Assembly (NCBI RefSeq): GCF_009834535.1 | Contig: NC_045697.1 | Coordinates: 17,114,001-17,178,000, forward strand | Origin: Camelus ferus | Taxonomy: Eukaryota | DNA length: 64,000 nt | Direction: 5' to 3' | Part shown: piece after piece, positions 11,123-22,365 of the stretch | Numbering within the stretch: position 1 is the first letter of the stretch | Layout: every line of letters starts with the position of its first letter | Position numbers and translations under genes: made by a program | Notes under the pieces: generated by a model | Told to the model about the DNA's origin: nothing | Database searches by the model: none | Seen by the model: the letters and a program-made list of their open reading frames with translations, nothing else

Positions 11123-14100
11123 TATGGTTCAGTAATTTGAGTTATAGTGACAAGCATTCTGATCTAAAACTCTCTGGAAAAATTTGATGGTTTCTGGACA
11201 CTCCTGGTGAGTCACAGACACCAGTCCCAAAAGAATGGCTCCTTTGGGGAATATTCTCAAAAAAGATGAGTCTGGGCTCTGTGTATGAGCCATACAACCT
11301 GGAGTTACAGAAATGCTAAAAGATGTTTTTCCTTCAAAGCGTCTGCCCCAGAGTCTTCCCAAAGCCCATAATTTGAGGGTCATACCCTCTCCTACTGTCT
11401 TCACCTCTGCAGCCCCTGATCTCTTTGCTTCTCTCCAAATACCTAAACGCAGGACCTTCACGTCCCCAGTTGTTCCCTCCTTTTGGGATAAACTTGCTGC
11501 AGGTATTTCCGTGATCTCTGCTCATGTACCTGCTCAGCGAGGTCTCTCCTGAACACCTATCAAATATAGCTGCTGTTTGTCAGGCTCCAACTGTTCTTCC
11601 TCTGTCTTCACAAAGCTCACCACAAGCTAACATTATGTGGTCCATCCCTTCCCTTGTTTTCCTATGCCCCTCCCCCCACGAGGATATAGGCTCCACGAAA
11701 ACTGATATCCTGAGAGCAGTAAAAATCCATGAGGCATTTTTTGTCCACCACTAAATCCTCGGGTCAAAATGCCACCTAAATATTGGCTGAACGAGTGAAT
11801 CACATGTGGAACCGGGTGTTCTGCTTTCCCCTGTGGCTCCTTTTAATCTCACTGGGACACTATTATAATTACTAATAAATATATTTCAAAACTAGATCAT
11901 AAGAGATTTTTCCACCTAAAGGGAGAAAAAAAAATTCCACAAATACTCGATGAAATGTTCCTGAAAAAATATAATAAACACCCATTTGTATCATTTTCCA
12001 GCCTCCGGATGGCTCGAGCACTGGGCCAAGGATCAGGGAACCTTGTTCTCCGTCCAGCACCACTGCGGGCTGCTCTGTGGCGCTGACCCCTTCACCCTCC
12101 AGAGGCTTTGTCTCCCAATGGTAAAATAAGAAAGCTTAAGTAGCTTATTTCCATGGCTCCTTCTGGCTCGGAACCTAGGGAGTTCAACATACAGGGGATG
12201 GGCCAGATGTATTTTTACATCTCCTGATTTCATACCACTTTCTAAGTATCAGCTTATCTCAAAGGCAGCCAGGTCATTTCCTACGAAGCAAGAAGGAATC
12301 CCAGAGGGAAGGACCGGATTATCTAACCATACCTACAAGCATGCATTTTGGACAAACACGCAGCTATCACCGAAAGCTCATTGCCTCCCTATTATCACAC
12401 CACCAACATACAACACACATGCAAAGAAAGATGCCACATCAGCTGTTTATGACATCTTGAGTCACAGACACCTCACCAGGGTCGCTAAACAGATTTCCTG
12501 TTTACTTGCACATTAATAAAACGCACACTGTCGCCCGTCAGAATTTTTTTCCCCAAGCATCTGAACATCCGAAGAGATTTAGAAGCAATTAACATCCACG
12601 AGTAACAGAGCAATCAACATGGGAATCGCTAATGGGACTGGACAGCATCCAAAAGCAGATATTAGGGTAATAGTGAGCCCCTGACACAGGTTATGGTGTT
12701 AATTCTGGAGGGCAGGCTCGTGGTACGTTTTCAATAGGTTTGTGCGGCTGCTGTCACAGTCACATATGCCTCTTCTATATATGGTTCCTAGCCCTGCCCC
12801 GACGACATACTTTTTTTTTAAACTGCTATCGAAAAGAAGGCATTTTTGCATTGTTGTAACACAACCTCTAGCATTAATGGTATATACTGAATTCAAGTTT
12901 ATTTTTAAATTGCCTACCTGACAAAAATGTTAAAATGTCATTTTTTACCCACTTTGGGTCTCTAGACTATCTTCTCCTGTTAGCTCTTGTAGCTAGAGGC
13001 CACAAAAATAATAGCTAGGAATTTCCACCTTGACGCTTCCCAGGTAACTTCTGCCACTTGCTTGTGTGCACACGGGTTCCTACGTCCCTAGTACACAGGA
13101 TGACACGAGCACTCCTGTCCCAACCAGCTCTATGCCTGCCTCCTTGTCAGTTTTTCTGACCTGTTTTCATAAATATCACTCCAGAAATCAGCACACACGC
13201 ACCTCCTTTATTTCCCCCTACCGGGAAAGTCTTTGGGTAACAGAGAATGTTTCCACCGTTACTCTTTCTGCCTTCCATTTTCTAGCCTTCAATCTCTCAT
13301 CTAAAATGCCAATGCCAGGCAAGGCAATTCTATCTTTACCTCCCCTTGGACCACATTCCTGAATCCCTGCCCTGGCTCTTCTCCTGAAGGCTCAACCTTC
13401 AGAGGCTGGACCTCCCCAGATTCAAACATGCCTCTCAGTCCTCAGCTCCCCTGCCAGCCTTTCTCCGGGGTCATCTGGTCTCTCTCATGATCGAGACATT
13501 CACCTCTAATCACGGGACACCTCCCCATATGTATGGACTCTGGGCCCCACGCAGGCAGAAAACCTGATTTATTCCCATTTTTGACCTTGGATGTAATTAA
13601 TCACTGCCTATTAGGGTTGCTTCATTCCGTGTGGCCTAAGAAAACACAAGCTCTAGCAAATTTGTTCCAATTTGGGCTTTTAAATTTTTTCAACTACTTC
13701 AACATTAGACATGAGTAAATGATTAGATAAACACCATTCATTTTGATGATACTAGTTTTCCGGTTATTCTGTTGCATTCATGCTCTATGCCATTTCTTTC
13801 TCCTTCTGCTTTGCTGTGTGTAGTTATGAAAGGGTCTCTTTCTTCTAACAATCCAGCTTTTTCCCCCTTCACCTCCCCCCAACACACACACCTATTATGA
13901 AACTGTATCCCGACGTGAGGCCGAGGTTTAGTCCTTGAATACCATCAGCCGGTGATGCACAGTCTGCCGCCACCAGGCTGTGTGCGATGAAAGCCTGTTT
14001 TGACCAAGATTTTATACAACAGAACCCAAATTGAGGGGAAGGTATCAACAGACCCAGACCTAAGAATCCCTCACTTCATCTCTGCGGCAAGCAGTTTCAT

Positions 14101-14659
14101 ATACCCTGAGCCAGCCCCAGTGCTGGGAGACCCAAGCCACCAGGAGCCTCCCCTGCACGCACATCTCAATCATCACCCACCCCACCCCCCGCCCCAACTC
14201 CCTCCCCACTCCAAATAGCAGCAGCTGAGATTAAAGTGCTTCTGGGGCTATGGTAATCCAATCAGGGCTGGGTTTGCTTCAATCTCTACCATTCGGTTGG
14301 AAAACATTTTGGCAGGATGCCTTTCAACTACACTCTGCATTCCGCACTGGTCCCATGCTCACTTCTGACGGCTCCGCTCTGCAGAAGTGAAGGTAGCCAC
14401 TGCCTGTCCTGCCCAGGGAGCAGGGTTTCACGTGCCTTCTCAAACTGCAGGATGTCAGAAGCACTCCTGCCATCAGGGAGTAAATACTGAGGTGTGTGTG
14501 TGAGAGTGAAAGAGAGAGATTTTTGATGCACCCACCTACAGATAGTAAGGGCAGGGGCAGATACGGCACAAACACATAGATTTTCTTTAACTTTAAAGAT
14601 TAAAGGAAACCCATTTTTCAACCCTTTGCCTTACGTAAAATATTCCACTCCATCTATAT

Positions 14660-14812
14660 CAGTCAAGGTTTTTCAGGGGTCCTTCTCCTTTCCAGATGCC
14701 TTTGGCTGTCAGATGAAATCTATGGACCCCTTCTAAGAAGAATGATTTTTAAAGGATCGCAAAGGAGATTAATTATATTGAAACAGTTTTCCATCCCAAG
14801 TTAAGAAGCCCA
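14660..14812. mobile_element. hAT-Charlie-type MER element (degenerate)
   Basis: ctttggctgtcagatgaaatctatggaccccttct...aattatattgaaa...caagttaagaagccc. Confidence 0.55.
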
Positions 14813-15189
14813 GCAGGGCATGGTTTTAGTGGATGGGAAGTAGAGCTGTTGTCTGGGTTTTTATGTTGTTGTTTTTTTTTTTAACTTGGGATTTCTGCTG
14901 GAGAGACTTGTGCTGTGAGAGTGACAGGCTGTCACAGAAAGCAGAAAGTGGCGGCTTTGTCCTTGCGACTATACACCTTCCTGTACACAGGCTTTGTAGC
15001 TGTTTCTGTCTTGCAAACAGCCTGCACCCATTAACCCAGAGCCCTTCAGTATTTGCTATACCGGAATAGTTCAGAATGTAGACTTCCTTTATTTACAGCC
15101 CTAAGTAGGTTTTAACTACTCCTGAGAGAGAAGCAGACTAATAAAGCAATTTGAGGAGTTTGGAGAAAGTAGAAGTAATGGTAAAAACA

Positions 15190-15415
15190 TGTATTCAACC
15201 ATTTATTCTTTCACCAAATATTTACTGAGCACCTTCTCTAGATTCACAGTTGTGAATAAAGGACCTACAAAACTTTCCCCCAAGGAGTTCGCATCCAAAT
15301 GTGGGGATATACCCTGTAAGCAACAGAAGGAAATGTAAAACAAGTAAACATATGTCTAGTGGTGATAAGTGCTACAGAGAAAAAAAAAAGGAGAGGAGGT
15401 TAGGGAGTATAAGGA
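15190..15415 (-). mobile_element. L2 3' region
   Basis: attctttcaccaaatatttactgagcacc...gtggtgataagtgctacagagaaaa. Confidence 0.8.
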
Positions 15416-15535
15416 CATGAATTCATACTTCATATAGCATTTATTTCCCCACTGCATGTCACTAAATATTTGAGGCCAAGCTCCCACTATGTTTCAGGCC
15501 CTGAAAATGATCCTGAGGAAGCCGGAATATATATG

Positions 15536-15620
15536 ACGGATGAATAGATGGGTGGATGGATGAGTGGATGGATGGGTGGATGGATGGGTGGATTGATAGA
15601 TGGATGGATGGGTGGATAGA
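15536..15620. repeat. (TGGA)n-like tetranucleotide repeat
   Basis: ggatgaatagatgggtggatggatg...; produces IHPS repeats in ORF 15462..15671. Confidence 0.95.
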
Positions 15621-15829
15621 TTTGGATATGGATATACACATATCACACACCTGATTTCCAATTATTTGCATGTGGAGGGTATGCAGTCTTCACCAAGAGG
15701 GGTCTATGTATAATGGTGCTGATTGCAGTTTCTTTTAAAGGGCAAATGATGAATGCCTCTAAAGGGTCCTCAAAGTGGGAAGGGTGCAGCGGCGCAGGGT
15801 CTGTGTCTGCTGTGCTGAAGGGCATGAGT

Positions 15830-15970
15830 GTTGGCAGCATTGAGAGCTCTGGCACAGGGTCCACAACCATGGTCCTTTCCCAGCTCTTCCACGTACCTCA
15901 CTGACTGGCCATAAGCAAGTTATATCCTCTCTTTGAGTTTTAAGACCCTCATTTACAAAGTGAGGATCCC
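15830..15970 (+). mobile_element. MIR fragment
   Basis: cccagctcttccac...aagcaagttatatcctctctttgag...ctcatttacaaagtgagg. Confidence 0.6.
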
Positions 15971-16174
15971 ACGTGCTGTGGGTTCAAGGGCAGCCAAGCA
16001 AGCAGTGGCAGAATAGTGCCTGGCCTGAGGGAACTGACAGACAAGCCCTTGCCTCCTTCATCTTCTCATCCAGGAAAAAGACAAGGACACCCGAAATGCA
16101 AACAAAAGACTGTGCGCCCAGGGTAAGGCAACAGTAACTGCTTCTGCTCATTTGTTTTCTTTGTTTTTGTGACC

Positions 16175-16430
16175 CCAGTAGTTCTAGGGAATATTAGATG
16201 GTACTTTTTTAAGAAAGTCCACAGTCAAATAAGTTTCAGAAACAACAAAGGAAATGAAGTAACATGAGTCTCTCTAGTACAGGCTTTCCTGCTCTGTAAC
16301 ACGTGGATGTGCATCACCACAAAACTCTAAGAAATGCACACAAGTGTTTCCCAACTTATTTGACCCGGGAACTCTTTGGCAAATCCTATGTGACAGTTGT
16401 TCAATGGAACTGACTTTGGCAAATGTGGAT
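16175..16430. mobile_element. hAT-Charlie-type DNA transposon remnant
   Basis: Internal inverted motif gtcaaataagttt / aacttatttgac; end ggaactgactttggcaaatg. Confidence 0.55.
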
Positions 16431-17124
16431 TTGCTCCAAGAACAAATGAATCAAAAGATAAGGAATCTATACCCTGTCTGGTTCTGATGTGGTCTGATGG
16501 CTTTCTTTGAAAAGGCAGACTCGGGCGTATTTTCTGCAAACCAAGAAAGCCTGGGAGTGGCGTTTCCTGTCCACTGGACCACGGCAACTTCTCCTTTTTC
16601 TGTAAAAAGAAGTCTTATTCTGGGACCACAGCACATTTGGGGAAAGTGTCGGCAACATCTGAACACTTCTCATTCCCTAGGACAGGTAATTCCCCTATTT
16701 TCTACAATAAATGGGCTCTTAAAACGAGTTTTGTTAATTACCCTTTTGAAAGCCAGATCCTCTTCTGGCTACACGGGGAAACCTGCTGCTTAAAGTCACC
16801 CCAGGTTTTCTTTATTATCCAAATGCTTCACTGTAAGTGTGCATTACTTTCATAAACAGAAAATCCATGCTGGGGAAGAAAAAAGAAAAGAAATTCTATA
16901 GAGATATGTTGATACACCAATAGTAAGTCCAAAAATTACCTACTTGTACATGAAGATTTTTATACACGGGGCTTTTTATGATGATCTTACTTAACATTGG
17001 TACACTAGATAAATCCGAAGCAGAAGGGGGAAGCAAGGGGGAAATGAGGTTCCAAGATTCTTCCTCCCCTGTGCTTAGAATTCAATCTCAGGAGGAGGAA
17101 ATCACCCACTCTCTCATTCTCCAA

Positions 17125-17260
17125 GGCAAAGGAAGAGAGAGGGAGAGAGGGAGGAAAGGCAGGAGGAAGGAAGGGAGGGAAGGAAGGAAGAAAGAAACAA
17201 AGAAACAAAGAAACAAACAAAGAACGAACTAGAGACACACAGAGAAAGAAAGCAAGAGTT
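17125..17260. repeat. Purine-rich compound repeat (GGAA/AAAG/AAAC)
   Basis: Seen directly. Confidence 0.9.
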
Positions 17261-17799
17261 GTTGAGACTCCTGCAGTGAGGGGAGGGAAACACAAGCCCA
17301 CAGATTAAGTTGACCCAAGTCAATACAAAAGGCTTTGTGCAAGGGCTCTGGCATTAATGGGATTTGGTCTGCTAAAGCCCTGCGAATCAAGTACAGAACA
17401 TAACCATAGATGCCGGAGTTATTTTTGAAATGGATGTCTTAAGTAATATGAAGCTTAACTAGCAGGGACACACTCGTGGTATTTTGCATGACTGCTGCCG
17501 GCTGGTGGACCGGCTGGGAACCGGAGCTGCCCAATTAGCAGCAGCCTCCCACCTGGGACAGGACCAACTAGGGGAGCCTTGACCCAGAGGTGAGCCTCGG
17601 AGGAGCTGCTGTGTGTTGCAACAGGGAGACTGTGCTGCATCCTTTCTGCTGCAGATGATGTACCTGGAGGGGGATGATCTGAGCTTGGAAACCTGGGGAC
17701 CTTGGTTTAGAATCAAGCTTTCCCTCTTTCCATCAATCTTACATCAGTGTCTCCAAAGTGTCTGCAACCATCTGGGGTCTTGAAGATCCCAGGATGGAC

Positions 17800-18060
17800 C
17801 ACCCAAAGCCCCTGCTCTCAAAGAGCCTACATTCTCCTGGAAGATGGGAAGCCAGCAAGTAAATAATCTCTGTCGGTTATAAGACCTATTTAAGAAAATC
17901 AAAAAGGAAAGTGGGAGATAAGGGCTCTGGGGAGGGGAAAATGTGCTCAGGGAAGACAGCTCTGAAGAAGAAGCATTGAAGCTAAGACTCCAATAACCAG
18001 GAGGCCCCCACCCTGCAAAGACCCGGGGAAAGAACAGCGCAGGAGGAGGGAGCGAGCCAG
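17800..18060 (-). mobile_element. L2 fragment
   Basis: cccctgctctcaagagcctacattct...tcagggaagac...tctgaagaag...cctgcaaagacccggggaaagaacagc. Confidence 0.7.
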
Positions 18061-19454
18061 TCTTCCACCAGACTCAGCAGAGAACACCATCGTCCCTCAC
18101 TTGCAACCAGCTAAGCTTTCGGCAATACTAAATTCAAAAGCTCACAGACATGTTTAATTTCAAAATCTTAAATTGCGTACCATGCCTGCTAGGAAAATCT
18201 ATCCCGAAACTTGGGATATTTTTAGAATGGTCCACTTCAGTTGCTTCAAGTACTTTTTTTCCCTGTTCAACCAGAAGACCCAAATAGTCCAGGTACAGCA
18301 GCCTCCCCTAAATACCCAAAACTGCATTCATCAGCCACTTTTTAAAAATCGGATCTTACTCCAAAGCTGAATGACTTGATTACTCCCCTAACAGAATACA
18401 TTACACTGATTACGGGATTATTCACGTGCCATTTCGAAGAGGTTGGGCAACATTCCTCAACGTTCCACCCACCAACAAACAGAGCCGAGAAAGTGGAAAA
18501 TGTGATGCTAATATTCAAACGCCCTCCATGTCCTGATACCATGATAAAATTCCTCTGCACTCTTTTTTTTTTTTTTTTAACTGATGTTTTTTAAAAAAGG
18601 GAGACAGGGGTAGTTATTTTGGTACAATACAGCTCGGAGAGAATAAAAGAAAAAAGCACCAGCAGAGGCCCAAATATGAGGTTGTTTCCAGGATCTGACA
18701 CACACGAGGCACTCAGTAAACGTAGGTTCCTCTCCCTAGACTCCTTGCCTGAGTGTACCCTGAGCATTGATTTTTATATCAATAATTTGCCAATAACATA
18801 TTCATTGGCTCCTTTTTTTATACCTGTCAGTGTAGGGTGGTGCTTTCAACCTGCTGATCATTGATTCACCTTCATCAATTCATAAGACTAGCTCGGGGTG
18901 AGAACAGGGGTGAGGAGGTGGAAGCTTTATCGCCGTGGTTCACTGCTAACCGATGGTTAGCATTTTATGCTCAAGACAGTCAAATTCATATTATTTTACA
19001 TTTTAAAAGTTTTTAAAGGAACATTTAGTAAAAGCCAAAATGAAAACAGGGCATGGCAAGTTCAAATAAGCCATAAATTAGACAACGAAGCATAATTCTA
19101 CTGAATACCATTGTATGAGCTAATCAACGTGTCTTTTTTTTTTCCTATCGGCATCTATTTACTGTCATATAATTTCCATAAAATACCACCTGTATTTATA
19201 AAAAGAATTATCTTCGTGATGATCTAGCAATCTACAAACAATGGTGATATTTAACTTTTCTTAGGGGATCAATTTTAGAATGGGGTTAAAGGATTTATAA
19301 GTCTCTTTTTCATGATGAACCAGACGGAAAAGGGCTTATTCATACATCCCTGTGATGTTAGAAGCACACGAAATAAACAAAATAAAAACAACAACAACAA
19401 CATGTAATTTTGACTTATTAAAATGTAAAGTTCTAGATCTTGACATGTACTTTT

Positions 19455-19526
19455 GGGGGGTTTTCTTTTCTTTAATTTTTTTAAATTGAGGTATAGTTGA
19501 TGTACAATATCATATTATTTCAGGTG
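19455..19526 (-). mobile_element. Very short 5'-truncated L1 3' tail (L1MA-type) with TSD
   Basis: tttttaaattgaggtatagttgatgtacaatatcatat..., flanked by tgacatgtactttt (19441) and tgacatgtgcatttt (19527). Confidence 0.8.
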
Positions 19527-20219
19527 TGACATGTGCATTTTTTTAATCAAGCAGGATGAGTCCCTACTATAAAGTCTAGTAAAATAATCACAGACAAAAA
19601 TTTTTTTTTCCATTTTGGCTGAAAGGGTGGGTTAATTTTCAAAGTGATTTGATTTGGTGCCCCATGGCTCAGACGGAACCCAGTATTTGCCAAGGTCACT
19701 GCTTTGAGTTTAATCAGGATCCAGCCAGCTCACTCAGTTATGACACATGATCAAACACTGCCTTGTCCAGCTCTCAGTGCTGGCCCTGCTAGGGCAAGTC
19801 ACTGGCTTAAGGATGGCTAGTCAAGCCGGTGGGGATGAGTCAGCTAACCCCTCACCACTGACAGGATAGAAATTCATAACAGAAGCCCTTCCGTTGGACA
19901 CAGACTTCATAGATACACGACAAAACAAGGGTGCAGGGAGAGATTTGTTTAAAGGATTTCTATGGCTCCCAGGTAGGACCTCACAGAGAGCAGTTTGGTT
20001 TCACTTCAGCTTGGAGTCAATTCCAAGAGCAAGATGCAGTTTGAGAGAATCAATCCAAGGCAAAATTCTCACTCTTGGTTAGGATGCAAATTTCTCCACT
20101 AATAATCAATTACTTTGTAAATTTAATTTTAAACAAGGTTTAGAAGGATTATGATTAAAAATCTATATGACATACTAACCAACAAAATAAAAAAGCAAAA
20201 CACAAGTTAATATTTACAC

Positions 20220-20345
20220 TTCATTGATTGATTCCTTAATCTGTACATGTTCACGGATTTCTACCAAATATCAAGGACTGTATTAAGTAACAGGCACAGT
20301 GAACAGAAAAGACACAGCCTCTGCCCTCCTGGAGCTTATTGTCTT
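20220..20345 (-). mobile_element. L2 3' fragment
   Basis: cagtgaacagaaaagacacagcctctgccctcctggagcttattgtct. Confidence 0.75.
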
Positions 20346-20945
20346 TAAAAAAAAAAAAAAATGTGTGAATGAGCAATTGAGTAGAAATTCACTAAATCAT
20401 ATTAGTGATTTATTTAAGACATGTAATTTCTCTGTTTCTTCTCGCTAATATAATTTTGTTGTTTTTAAAATCTAAAACATTTATTTCTTTTAAGTAATTT
20501 GATTATGCACTGGAGCCAGGAAGTAATCTTTGTGGATTTGAGGGGTTTTTTAATTTGTTTTTTGTTTGTTTTTTGAAATGTTATTCATTGAAATGTTAAC
20601 ATTTGAAGAAACTTTGATCACTGAATATCTGAAAAACGTTAACAAAATAGAGAATGTTTAGGGAAACATAACCAAAAAACATATTCACCAGTGGAAAACA
20701 GATCTTCTTACGGAAGGATAAGGAATCAGGCTCATTTATCCCATTTATCTTTGTGGGGAATGAACTCTGGAATTAGTAAAGTTCTATACTCAAGTCCTGG
20801 CTCTCCAACTGTGTATGGAGAACCTCTCCACATCTCAGTTTCCCTATTCATAAAACGGGCAGAGACAAGAATTACATAAGTATGGTGAATGTAAATAGCA
20901 TAGCTTGTAATCCTTGATCACTGTTGGCTGCCTTCATGAGCAGAC

Positions 20946-20973
20946 ATCATCATCATCATCATCATCATCATCA
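20946..20973. repeat. (CAT)n microsatellite
   Basis: Seen directly, at the 3' end of a degenerate MIR (about 20770-20930). Confidence 0.95.
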
Positions 20974-21064
20974 TTACAAAAAAAATTCACGATCTGATGT
21001 AATAAAGAGCCGCTTTAGAGTATCCTGGTGGTAACCACAAAGGAAGCAGGTAACAATCTATCCT

Positions 21065-21235
21065 GAGAAAACACTAGAATTTAAGTCAGAAGTCCCTGGT
21101 TCAAATCCTAGCTCTTCTCATGCATGCTTATTTGTGCAAACTTGGATAAGCTCTTAAATTTCTCAGTCTCGGTTTTCCCAGCTCTAAAATGGACCTAATA
21201 GAACTTATTTAATGAGATAATACATAAGAAAGGCC
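21065..21235 (+). mobile_element. MIR SINE
   Basis: aagtcagaagtccctggttcaaatcctagctct...tctcagtctcggttttcccagctctaaaatgg. Confidence 0.8.
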
Positions 21236-22179
21236 CACGTACATCCTACACATCATCTCATTGAATACAGGATACTATTAATTTTATAGCAAAGCACATT
21301 CTGACAATAATCTACCATAAAATGACCTGTTGTTTAATCACCCAGGTTAAAACCCCCCCAAAAGATCAACTTGAATTTCATCTCCACCATTCACTAGATG
21401 AGTAACATCGCTTACATTTTCTGGGCCCTGATTTCTGGTCAGGAAAACAGCATATTCATTGTGAAGATTAGAAATTCGACGCACAAAGTGTTCAGAGAGA
21501 GTGTGGCACATCACACATAGTCACTGATAGGTAGCTCCCCTCCCTCTCTGTTAAACCATGACTCAGTACATCTCACTTTTAATATGTATATTCCCACACT
21601 CTCAAACTCGTTAAATGAAAAGCATTAGAAACAACCTTTGGATGATCTTTAAATAATTCTTTATGGTTTGGAGGGGGGAAAAAAACCTACAGAAACATAA
21701 AATATCCAGGGTGTCAAATATACAGTATAATCATTTTGTATGATCACTGCTAATACAGTTCAATGTAAATTGCAGTCTCCGATTTGACATAATTACACAT
21801 AACCAAACACTAATAAAAACTGCTGCCTTATATTTCAAATTAGTAATTATGGTAGTAAACATTAACAACATGTCAGATATAAGATGGTGATTTGTTCTGA
21901 AATGTATTAGAAATCATTATACTGTATGATAATTTTAATTACAGTCGGGTAACAAGAAAGCACACAACGGTTAGGGCTCTTGGGGCATCACGGGAACCAG
22001 CAGCGCCTCAGTTCAGCCCCAGCTCTGACTCCCTCACTTTGAGTTCAGGAAACGCACGCTTCTTTCTCCACCTTTAAATAGCAAACCCAGTTCCCGCTGC
22101 AGAATCAGTATATTCAGGAGGTTTGGAGTCATTTTTCCAGGGTTTTAAAATCCTTATTCTAGCGCTCTCAAGGCAAGGG

Positions 22180-22365
22180 AATTGGGCTGATGGGAATTTC
22201 TCTGTGCCTCTGTTTTCTCATCTTTAAAATGGAAAACAGGGTAGTACTTAGCTCAGAGAGTGGTAACAGCAGCTAAATTAGATCAGCCCATGTGCAATGC
22301 TTAGCCCAGCACCTGGAACATTAAGACACAGTAAGGCTTCAATAGCTAGTAGTGGTTGTTACCAT
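22180..22365 (+). mobile_element. MIR SINE 3' half
   Basis: tctctgtgcctctgttttctcatctttaaaatgg...tgcttagcccagcacctggaaca. Confidence 0.8.
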
